From IMG/VR virus record IMGVR_UViG_2529292882_000016: a stretch of DNA of 45,980 nt; one strand, given 5' to 3'. The DNA is from a virus (lineage: Duplodnaviria; Heunggongvirae; Uroviricota; Caudoviricetes). The notes beneath the pieces are model-generated. The model had not been told where the DNA came from. It saw only the letters and a program-made list of their open reading frames with translations, and did not search any database. A program made the position numbers and the translations under genes. Numbering within the stretch: position 1 is the first letter of the stretch; the number at the start of each line of letters is the position of its first letter. Shown here one piece after another: positions 35,621-42,683 of the stretch.

Positions 35621-36124
35621 ATGATCAATAAAGCTACAACTCTTGACTGTCTCGAAGAACTGAAAAACCTCGGCAGCCTCATTACACTAATAGCAAAAGC
35701 AACACCAGATGCTACGCTCTCTAGCGATATAGAGTCATGCGCAGGACTGGCATGGGATATGACAAATAGCATATCCAGAAAGCTATCGTCAGCAATGCTT
35801 TTACAGAACAAAAATTCTGCAATCAACAACCGTCTTCGCACCCAACGCGAAGACTGCGGCTTAACAACAGCCGAACTCGCCAGACTGCTCGACCTCGATG
35901 AAGAAATCATCATCCAGTGGGAAAGCGGAGAGCACGAACCAACCATCAGCATGCTTATCCCTCTGGCTAATGTTCTTGGCTGTGATCCGATGTGGCTGTT
36001 AACTGGCGAGGTTACTCCTCCGGAGCAACCAAAAAGTGAGGAGCAGCAACACCATGACGCATCTCAACAAGTTTGCTCCTTATCTCGCGAAGCTCTTCTA
36101 CGGAAGAACCAATACCAATGGTGA
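35621..36124 (+). CDS. XRE-family HTH protein (167 aa)
   Basis: HTH segment LTTAELARLLDLDEEIIIQWESGEHEPTISMLIPLANVLGCDPMWLLTG; GAGGT RBS; first gene after the OL-like region. Confidence 0.6.
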   Translation: MINKATTLDCLEELKNLGSLITLIAKATPDATLSSDIESCAGLAWDMTNSISRKLSSAMLLQNKNSAINNRLRTQREDCGLTTAELARLLDLDEEIIIQWESGEHEPTISMLIPLANVLGCDPMWLLTGEVTPPEQPKSEEQQHHDASQQVCSLSREALLRKNQYQW

Positions 36125-36252
36125 CATAATCGCCGCTTCGCCCCTCAAGGTACATGCGAACATTTTTATCAATCATTGCGGAAACAGTCTCAATATGAAA
36201 ACACTTCTGAGACTCGCTATATAGCAGAACATATAAGTCAGCTGAGGAAGCC

Positions 36253-36618
36253 ATGAAAAAGTTCGAAAACATAACTGTTCTCCATGTTGATGACTTTGAT
36301 TATACAAACCCGGACCTTCTCCCGGAGGTTGTAAAGGCAATAGATGTTGCCGATATAGTGATTAGAGGAAAGAGAATTGTCAAAAACAGGCTCGCATGCA
36401 CTTCAGGAGCAATGACAGAAACAACCTCACAACAAGATGATTATGAAGGCATTTGTCTGGAGCCTGACTCATTTGCGGTAAATGTTTATCATTTATTGCA
36501 TGCAACACAGGTATTACATATGTCAAGTAATCACGAAACAAAAACACTTGGCAGCGAAATTCTGAATTTTGCATGTGAATATGCAAAAGCTGCTGCCGAA
36601 AAAGAATTAGCGCAATAA
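36253..36618 (+). CDS. Hypothetical protein (121 aa), AT-rich
   Basis: ORF only; GAGGAAG upstream of the ATG. Confidence 0.45.
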   Translation: MKKFENITVLHVDDFDYTNPDLLPEVVKAIDVADIVIRGKRIVKNRLACTSGAMTETTSQQDDYEGICLEPDSFAVNVYHLLHATQVLHMSSNHETKTLGSEILNFACEYAKAAAEKELAQ

Positions 36619-36814
36619 CAATAAATATTCCCTAAATGTTTATTACGGTTTTATCGCCGGGGATTGTTGCAACCTTTATTCGCAGGAGATTATGTTATGA
36701 CTTTCCTGAAACATAAGGCATCGTATAAAACTACCCGCCTCATTGCACAACATGGAGATTCTTATCTTCATATAGCCAGCCTGTATTTGCGCAAAGCATA
36801 TGGGAGATAAGTCA

Positions 36815-37003
36815 ATGGAAGAAAAACAACAAAACATAACACATAAAAAAGTAAGAGTGTTGCTAACCATTGAAAATGGTGAAGTAATTTACTCAAAACA
36901 TCTGTTGGATAATGAATTCGTTGGCTGCATGGATACATTTCTGTGGATGGCAAAAAGAGCGGGTTACACGATTATTCCACCAGCAAAGGAGCAAACATTA
37001 TGA
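36815..37003 (+). CDS. Hypothetical small protein (62 aa)
   Basis: GGGAGA RBS before ATG 36815; stop overlaps next ATG (ATGA). Confidence 0.4.
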   Translation: MEEKQQNITHKKVRVLLTIENGEVIYSKHLLDNEFVGCMDTFLWMAKRAGYTIIPPAKEQTL

Positions 37004-37581
37004 GTCATTCAGAGTTCCGACCAGAAGTTACGCCACATGGCATAAAAATTGGCAATACAACCATTGATTATGTTGAGGCCGTACAGCGGCTTAATGATGG
37101 TGAATACGATTATCCAAACTCACACGGTTTAAGAATCATGCAATGTATTGCTGAAGCCGATGATGCAGGGTTGCTGGGACGATTTTCAGTCGATATGAAG
37201 GTTGCTCAGTGGCGATGGCTGTATGTGACTACGTTTATAAATGAAGAGAAAGACAAGAACGGTACCGTTGATATCCCTAACGATAACGGAACTACAGATC
37301 ACGCGGTTATTTACAAGGGTAAACATGGTTGCCTGAGTATCTACCCCGGACCACTTCGTATTGCCCTGCAAAACCACGTCGAATGGGGATTTATTGAAAA
37401 ATATGGCGAAGCTGAAGGCATGGGGCGAGTTCTGTTTCTCTATCAAAAAATGCTCATCGCAGATCCTGATAATGGTTTCATTATTTCTGCTATGGGGCGC
37501 GAAGGGCTTGAACTCCTTCTGGATGAAATGATGAACGACCTGAATACTCATGGTATGCCAGAAGCGCCAGTGACACATTAA
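37000..37581 (+). CDS. Hypothetical protein (193 aa)
   Basis: AAGGAG RBS 7 nt upstream of ATG 37000; translationally coupled to the upstream small ORF. Confidence 0.5.
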   Translation: MSHSEFRPEVTPHGIKIGNTTIDYVEAVQRLNDGEYDYPNSHGLRIMQCIAEADDAGLLGRFSVDMKVAQWRWLYVTTFINEEKDKNGTVDIPNDNGTTDHAVIYKGKHGCLSIYPGPLRIALQNHVEWGFIEKYGEAEGMGRVLFLYQKMLIADPDNGFIISAMGREGLELLLDEMMNDLNTHGMPEAPVTH

Positions 37582-37757
37582 ATATTAAGAAGAATATAAT
37601 TCTTCCATCTTTTACTAACCGTTTATATGAAAAGCAACCGTGAATTAAACAGAGTAAAACTGATTTTAATCCTTACCACAGTACTGACACTAACTGAAAT
37701 CATTATTCTCTTTATTGCGCTGTCAGTCGGTTAAAAATATCTGGATACCACAGACCA

Positions 37758-37946
37758 ATGAGACTGTATTTCACAATAGTAATTTTACTGGCAATTATCG
37801 CATGCATTTACGGATTACTCGTTCCGTTCCTTATATCTATGAAGGATACGATAGCAGTTATTTCTGGCTTTGCACTGGCGTTTCTGACCCCGCCCTGCAT
37901 TTATGCCATTTACAAGGGTCTTTCTTTCACTAAGGATAAAAGATGA
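37758..37946 (+). CDS. Small membrane protein (62 aa, two predicted transmembrane segments), coupled to the SPFH gene
   Basis: Hydrophobic sequence MRLYFTIVILLAIIACIYGLLVPFLIS...; stop overlaps the SPFH gene ATG (ATGA). Confidence 0.4.
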   Translation: MRLYFTIVILLAIIACIYGLLVPFLISMKDTIAVISGFALAFLTPPCIYAIYKGLSFTKDKR

Positions 37947-38770
37947 AAAAAATTATTTTTGCTTTAGCCATTGTTCTGCCGACTATTGGCCTTGTCGGTT
38001 GCGATCGCGTTGAACCAGGTAATGTTGGCATCAAGGTAAATAAACTGGGCGACGACAAAGGCGTCGGTGAGGTGGTCGGTGTTGGTCGCTACTGGACTGG
38101 CTGGAATACTGAAGTTTATATCTTCCCCACCTTCAAACAAATGAAGACCTACGATGAACCGTTCAGTTTCCAGATGAGTGACGGTACAACCATCGGCTAT
38201 CACATCGGTGTGGCCTACAAAGTTGATCCATCCAAAGTTACCACGGTGTTTCAGACCTACCGCAAAGGCGTGGATGACATTACCGACACTGACCTGCGCC
38301 AGAAGATCGCCGACGCACTCAACCGACTGGCCAGCAAAATGACCACCGACAAATTTATCGATGGCGGGAAGTCTGAACTACTGGATGCAGCTCTTAAAGA
38401 CATTCAGGAGGAAATGACACCCATCGGTATTCAGGTAATGAGCCTCTCATATGTAGGTAAGCCGGAGTACCCGTCAACCGTTATCGACAGCATTAATGCC
38501 AAAGTCACGGCGAACCAGAAAACACTGCAGCGCGAGCAGGAAGTAAAACAGCGCGAAGCGGAAGCCAATATGTTGCGCGCAGAAGCTGCCGGACAGGCTG
38601 ATGCGATTCGCACAAAAGCCCAGGCCGAAGCTGATGCTATTCGTTTACGCGGTGAAGCTCTGCGCCAGAACCCCGGCGTTATGGAGCTGGAAGCCATCAA
38701 TAAATGGAACGGCACACTGCCGCAATACATGACCAGCGGTGCTAATACACCATTTATCCAGGTTAAATAA
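37943..38770 (+). CDS. SPFH/band-7 (prohibitin/stomatin-like) domain lipoprotein (275 aa)
   Basis: Signal peptide with lipobox LVGC; central SPFH-like region and Ala/Glu-rich coiled-coil tail (EAEANMLRAEAAGQADAIRTKAQAEADAIRLRGEALRQNPGVMELEAINKWNG). Confidence 0.75.
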   Translation: MKKIIFALAIVLPTIGLVGCDRVEPGNVGIKVNKLGDDKGVGEVVGVGRYWTGWNTEVYIFPTFKQMKTYDEPFSFQMSDGTTIGYHIGVAYKVDPSKVTTVFQTYRKGVDDITDTDLRQKIADALNRLASKMTTDKFIDGGKSELLDAALKDIQEEMTPIGIQVMSLSYVGKPEYPSTVIDSINAKVTANQKTLQREQEVKQREAEANMLRAEAAGQADAIRTKAQAEADAIRLRGEALRQNPGVMELEAINKWNGTLPQYMTSGANTPFIQVK

Positions 38771-38804
38771 CTTATACGCCCGGCAGGCCGCCGGGCTAAG
38801 GGAA

Positions 38805-39170
38805 ATGCAAATGAACACCCAGAATACTCAACCGCAAATAATGAACTATGACCCGAATCTGACGTCATGCGGACGCATGGCAAAACAAACCGTTCGATTA
38901 ACTTTCGGGCTATGGGAATACCGCGAAACATTCGAAGTTACTGTCGGCGGCAATCTGACCGGACTGGATGTTATCAGTTGCGCTATTGAAAGCCTGTACG
39001 CAACGCTGCCTTATGAAGAAGTCGAGGATGAGCGCGATATCATAGCCACCATTAATATCGGCGGACTGGAATGCAAGGATGAAAACCTGTCCGGAGAGCT
39101 CTGGCTTGCCGGAATGCTTATCTCAGCAGAAATTATCAGCATTGAACCCGCTACAAACATACGACTCTGA
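38805..39170 (+). CDS. Hypothetical protein (121 aa)
   Basis: ORF with AGGGA upstream of ATG 38805; preceded by a GC-rich intercistronic hairpin (GCCCGGC...GCCGGGC). Confidence 0.45.
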   Translation: MQMNTQNTQPQIMNYDPNLTSCGRMAKQTVRLTFGLWEYRETFEVTVGGNLTGLDVISCAIESLYATLPYEEVEDERDIIATINIGGLECKDENLSGELWLAGMLISAEIISIEPATNIRL

Positions 39171-39201
39171 AGTTCTCACTATTCAGAGAACAGGAGAAAA
39201 A

Positions 39202-39444
39202 ATGTTCGCTTTGATTAATCAGGGACAACTGTATACCGACAGTGCCGGTTACCCGATAAAAATTATTCGCTGCATAAATAACACTGTGTTGTACAGAAGA
39301 ATGGATGGGCAAATGCAGTCGATAAAAATAAACGATTTTAATGGACTGTTTGAACGGATCGATCACCAGGAATACCGACAAATTCTGGCAGAAACAGAGC
39401 AGGAAGCTCATCTGAAAAAATTACGGGCCATGAAAAGGAAGTAA
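39202..39444 (+). CDS. Hypothetical protein (80 aa)
   Basis: AGGAG RBS upstream of ATG 39202. Confidence 0.45.
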   Translation: MFALINQGQLYTDSAGYPIKIIRCINNTVLYRRMDGQMQSIKINDFNGLFERIDHQEYRQILAETEQEAHLKKLRAMKRK

Positions 39445-39447
39445 AGA

Positions 39448-39594
39448 ATGAATAAAGCCTTTGAGCTATGGGTGCGCCAGCGTTACGGCAATCGCTATGA
39501 CCTGACGCGAGATGTTGACGGTTTCTACTGCCGTGAAATTGTGAAACGAATGTTTGAAGTGTGGTGCCACTGCCGTGGGCTGAATGTTGTATGA
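39448..39594 (+). CDS. Hypothetical small protein (48 aa)
   Basis: AAGGAAG RBS; ORF MNKAFELWVRQRYGNRYDLTRDVDGFYCREIVKRMFEVWCHCRGLNVV; below the ORF-track size cut-off. Confidence 0.3.
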   Translation: MNKAFELWVRQRYGNRYDLTRDVDGFYCREIVKRMFEVWCHCRGLNVV

Positions 39595-39602
39595 GGTGAA
39601 CT

Positions 39603-39812
39603 GTGGGGCTGGATTGCGTACCTATATCAACCTACTGCCGCAACGCAGGAGAAACGGTTGATGCCGTTAACAAACGGATACAAAGAGGAATATGGAAAGA
39701 AGGGGTACATGTATTAAAAGTCGACGGAGTTAAAGAACGTTGGGTCGACTTAATGGAGATTACAAAATGGGCAAGAAAGAACAAGGATCACTATCTCTCC
39801 CTAGAGGAGTAA
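39603..39812 (+). CDS. xis: Excisionase-like protein (69 aa; GTG start assumed)
   Basis: Small basic protein immediately upstream of and overlapping int, as in lambda xis-int; winged-helix-like composition. Confidence 0.5.
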   Translation: MGLDCVPISTYCRNAGETVDAVNKRIQRGIWKEGVHVLKVDGVKERWVDLMEITKWARKNKDHYLSLEE

Positions 39813-40939
39813 CTATTCGCCAGCATAAAACTGGTAGCACTCTGGTTATCACTTTTACATATAAAGGGGTTCTGTGTCGGGAGCCCCTCTCCAGAATGGA
39901 AGTAAACGCGCGCGGTGTGAAGTACGCTGAGCGTCTGCTGGGAGAAATAAAAAATCAGATTATCGATGGTACCTTCGAATATGCAAAATACTTCCCCAAC
40001 TCCCAAAAGCTGGAGTTGTTCGGGGGAGTGAAAAAAAACAAAAATATAAAATCTTACCTGGATGAATACCTGATTATCTGCCAGAACCGTAACCTGTCAC
40101 CATCGACAATTAGAGGTTATGAAAAATGCCTGTCGGCGCTGTCAGCATTGCATAAATTTCATGTATCAGAACTGACACCTGCAGTACTAAAAAACTGGAT
40201 CGCCAGCAGAAAAACAAAACTGAAAACTATCCGCAATAATCTTTCATTCTTGCGCAGCGCCATAGATGAAGCGGTGACCGATGGTTTGTTAACAATAAAT
40301 CCTGTCACGCTAGTCAGCGCCAGCCGGTATCACGTATTGGACAACACACCAGGCAGTGATGATTACGAGGTCGATCCTTTTACACCAGCGGAGACGGCAG
40401 CAATCTATGACGCCTGTCATTACCCGGAATGGCGAAATCTGTTTCGCTTTGCCTTTAATACAGGACTGCGCAGCTCAGAATTGTGCGCGTTGCGCTGGAC
40501 GGATATAGACTTTATCGGCAACACCGCGCATGTTCAGACTGCAAGCGTAGTCGGGGTAATCAAAAGCACCAAAACAAAAGCCGGCACCCGCAAAGTGCAA
40601 CTGAACAGCGAAGCGCTGGCGGCTCTTCAGGCACAAAAGCCCTACACGGCGCTAAAGAGCGACTTCATATTCAGCGATCCGAAAACTCGCGCTCCTTGGG
40701 CAAACGCAGATGCGATCCGAAAAAAAGCCTGGGTACCAACCCTTAAAAAAGCTGGTGTACGCTATCGCAATCCGTACCAGACACGCCACACGTTCGCCAC
40801 TCGGCACATTAGCCAGGGCGTTAACCTGTTCTGGCTTGCTGGTCAGATGGGGCATAAAGGACCGGAAATGCTGTTCAGACATTACGGCTCTTACCTTGCA
40901 GAATACGATGGAAAAACGGCGATTTCTGCAACCCCGTAA
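39767..40939 (+). CDS. int: Tyrosine integrase, lambda Int-like (390 aa from ATG 39767)
   Basis: C-terminal catalytic region with RHTFATRHISQG...RHYGSYL (R/H/R/Y-type motifs); transcribed toward the att repeat at 41072. Confidence 0.85.
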   Translation: MGKKEQGSLSLPRGVTIRQHKTGSTLVITFTYKGVLCREPLSRMEVNARGVKYAERLLGEIKNQIIDGTFEYAKYFPNSQKLELFGGVKKNKNIKSYLDEYLIICQNRNLSPSTIRGYEKCLSALSALHKFHVSELTPAVLKNWIASRKTKLKTIRNNLSFLRSAIDEAVTDGLLTINPVTLVSASRYHVLDNTPGSDDYEVDPFTPAETAAIYDACHYPEWRNLFRFAFNTGLRSSELCALRWTDIDFIGNTAHVQTASVVGVIKSTKTKAGTRKVQLNSEALAALQAQKPYTALKSDFIFSDPKTRAPWANADAIRKKAWVPTLKKAGVRYRNPYQTRHTFATRHISQGVNLFWLAGQMGHKGPEMLFRHYGSYLAEYDGKTAISATP

Positions 40940-41071
40940 CGGCAAAATATTTCAAAATGTTGTACAGAATCAGGACGTTACCGGGACAACAATATGTACG
41001 TAAAATGCACATAATTCATTGTTTGAAAAAATAAATCGTTCATATTCAATAAATTGGATTAATCACGATCA

Positions 41072-41098
41072 CGGGTTCAACTCCCGCCAGCTCCACCA
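41072..41098. repeat. Second copy of the 27-bp att direct repeat (displaced ssrA 3' end)
   Basis: Identical to 1034..1060; the downstream flank (AAATTCTCCATCGGTGATTACC...) carries a terminator hairpin and is then followed by a P4-type integrase, as at the chromosomal ssrA locus. Confidence 0.85.
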
Positions 41099-41145
41099 AA
41101 ATTCTCCATCGGTGATTACCAGAGTCATCCGATGAAGTCCTAAGA

Positions 41146-41178
41146 GCCCGCACGGCGCAAGCCCTGCGGGCTTTTTTG
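41146..41178 (+). terminator. Rho-independent terminator (probable original ssrA terminator)
   Basis: GCCCGCA...TGCGGGC stem followed by TTTTTTGTG. Confidence 0.6.
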
Positions 41179-41303
41179 TGCCCTCAATTTGTCCCGCGAA
41201 GTCCGAAGAAAACTAATTAAATCCGATCCTTTTAGGCACCTTGTTAGGCACCTCATAAAGCTTTATTGTTTTTTGAGGTGCCTAAAACTATGGAAACCCG
41301 GCA

Positions 41304-42545
41304 ATGGCAAGACAAACCAAACCTCTATCCGTTAAAGAAATAGAATCAGCCAAACCCAAGGAGGCGGACTACGTTCTCTATGATGGCGATGGCCTTGAGC
41401 TACTCATTAAATCCAGCGGGAGTAAAATCTGGCAGTTTCGCTACATTCGCCCTGTCACCAAGAAACGAGCAAAGAAGAGCATAGGCTCCTACCCGTCAGT
41501 TACCCTTGCCGATGCCAGAAACTACCGTGCAGAGTCCCGCTCACTACTGGCTAAACAGATCGATCCGCAGGAACATCAGCAAGAACAATTGCGCAGTTCG
41601 CTGGAAGCCAAAACCAACACTTTCCAACTCGTAGCTGAACGTTGGTGGAATGTGAAGAAAGCCAGTGTGACAGAGGACTATGCGGAAGATATCTGGCGCT
41701 CTCTTGAAAGAGACGTCTTTCCTGCGATTGGCGACGTTAGCGTTACAGATATTAAAGCTCATACACTGGTTCAGGCCGTACAACCGGTTCAGGCCAGAGG
41801 AGCACTGGAAACTGTTCGTCGCCTGTGCCAACGTATTAATGAGGTCATGATCTATGCCCAGAACACAGGGCTGATTGATGCTGTTCCCAGCGTTAATATC
41901 GGTAAAGCCTTCGAGAAGCCTCAGAAAAAGAACATGCCCAGCATTCGACCGGATCAGCTACCTCAGTTAATGCAGACGATGCGAACAGCCAGCATTAGCC
42001 TTTCCACACGCTGCCTGTTCATGTGGCAACTTCTTACTATTACCCGCCCTGCCGAAGCGGCTGAAGCTCTCTGGGAAGAGGTAGACATAGAAGCGCGAGA
42101 GTGGAAGATTCCTGCAGCACGCATGAAAATGAACCGCGACCATACTGTTCCATTGTCAGATGAAGCAATTGCGATACTAGAGATGATGAAGCCGTTAAGT
42201 GGAAATCGAGAATTTATCTTTCCCAGCCGCATCAAGCCAAACCAGCCGATGAACAGTCAGACCGTAAACGCATCGCTAAAACGCGCAGGTTTTGGTGGGG
42301 TGCTCGTTTCACACGGCCTGCGATCTATCGCCAGTACAGCCCTTAATGAGCAGGGATTTCCACCTGATGTTATTGAGGCTGCACTTGCTCATGTGGATAA
42401 GAATGAGGTTCGTCGTGCGTATAACCGTAGTGATTATCTTGAGCAGCGACGGCCTATGATGCAGTGGTGGGCTGATTTTGTGATGGCTGCAGATCACGGT
42501 AGTATGATTGAAGGAGGGATAAAGGCAATGCGGTTAGTTGGATGA
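41304..42545 (+). CDS. intA: P4-type tyrosine integrase, CP4-57 IntA-like (413 aa)
   Basis: N-terminus MARQTKPLSVKEIESAKPKEADYVLYDGDGLELLIKSSGSKIWQFRY and C-terminus ...HVDKNEVRRAYNRSDYLEQRRPMMQWWADF typical of P4-family integrases; about 200 bp after the ssrA 3' end. Confidence 0.85.
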   Translation: MARQTKPLSVKEIESAKPKEADYVLYDGDGLELLIKSSGSKIWQFRYIRPVTKKRAKKSIGSYPSVTLADARNYRAESRSLLAKQIDPQEHQQEQLRSSLEAKTNTFQLVAERWWNVKKASVTEDYAEDIWRSLERDVFPAIGDVSVTDIKAHTLVQAVQPVQARGALETVRRLCQRINEVMIYAQNTGLIDAVPSVNIGKAFEKPQKKNMPSIRPDQLPQLMQTMRTASISLSTRCLFMWQLLTITRPAEAAEALWEEVDIEAREWKIPAARMKMNRDHTVPLSDEAIAILEMMKPLSGNREFIFPSRIKPNQPMNSQTVNASLKRAGFGGVLVSHGLRSIASTALNEQGFPPDVIEAALAHVDKNEVRRAYNRSDYLEQRRPMMQWWADFVMAADHGSMIEGGIKAMRLVG

Positions 42546-42625
42546 CATGTCGTAGCTAAAACCCGTTCTGTTTTTGGGTAGATTAACCTGAAGGTCTGCA
42601 ATTTTAAATGACGCTGAAAGAAGTT

Positions 42626-42651
42626 AAACCCTGCTCTTAAGCAGGGTTTTT
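42626..42651. terminator. Bidirectional terminator hairpin AAACCCTGC-TCTTAA-GCAGGGTTT
   Basis: 9-bp stem with T-run on plus and a T-rich tract on minus; lies between the convergent intA-like gene and the 767-aa gene. Confidence 0.6.
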
Positions 42652-42683
42652 ATGATTTATTCTAATTTTGGTTTTGAATCTTT

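Larger units (their letters stand above)
1061..41098. mobile_element. Prophage (~40 kb) integrated into the 3' end of ssrA; Mu-like contractile tail, HK97-like head, lambdoid regulatory/replication/lysis modules
   Basis: Bounded by the 27-bp direct repeats; contiguous tail, head, packaging, lysis, Q, replication, immunity and xis/int genes; integrase reads toward the right-hand repeat. Confidence 0.85.

Noticed and set aside
36012-36272. 86-aa minus-strand ORF bridging the HTH gene and the next plus-strand gene
   Set aside because: Overlaps two plus-strand genes with good translation signals, is antisense to the operon direction and has no RBS.
41041-41098. Possible tRNA gene at the right prophage boundary (sequence ending ...GGGTTCAACTCCCGCCAGCTCCACCA)
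   Set aside because: Only the 3' acceptor/T-arm-like 27 bp is present; it is the displaced 3' fragment of ssrA (att repeat), not a complete tRNA or tmRNA.
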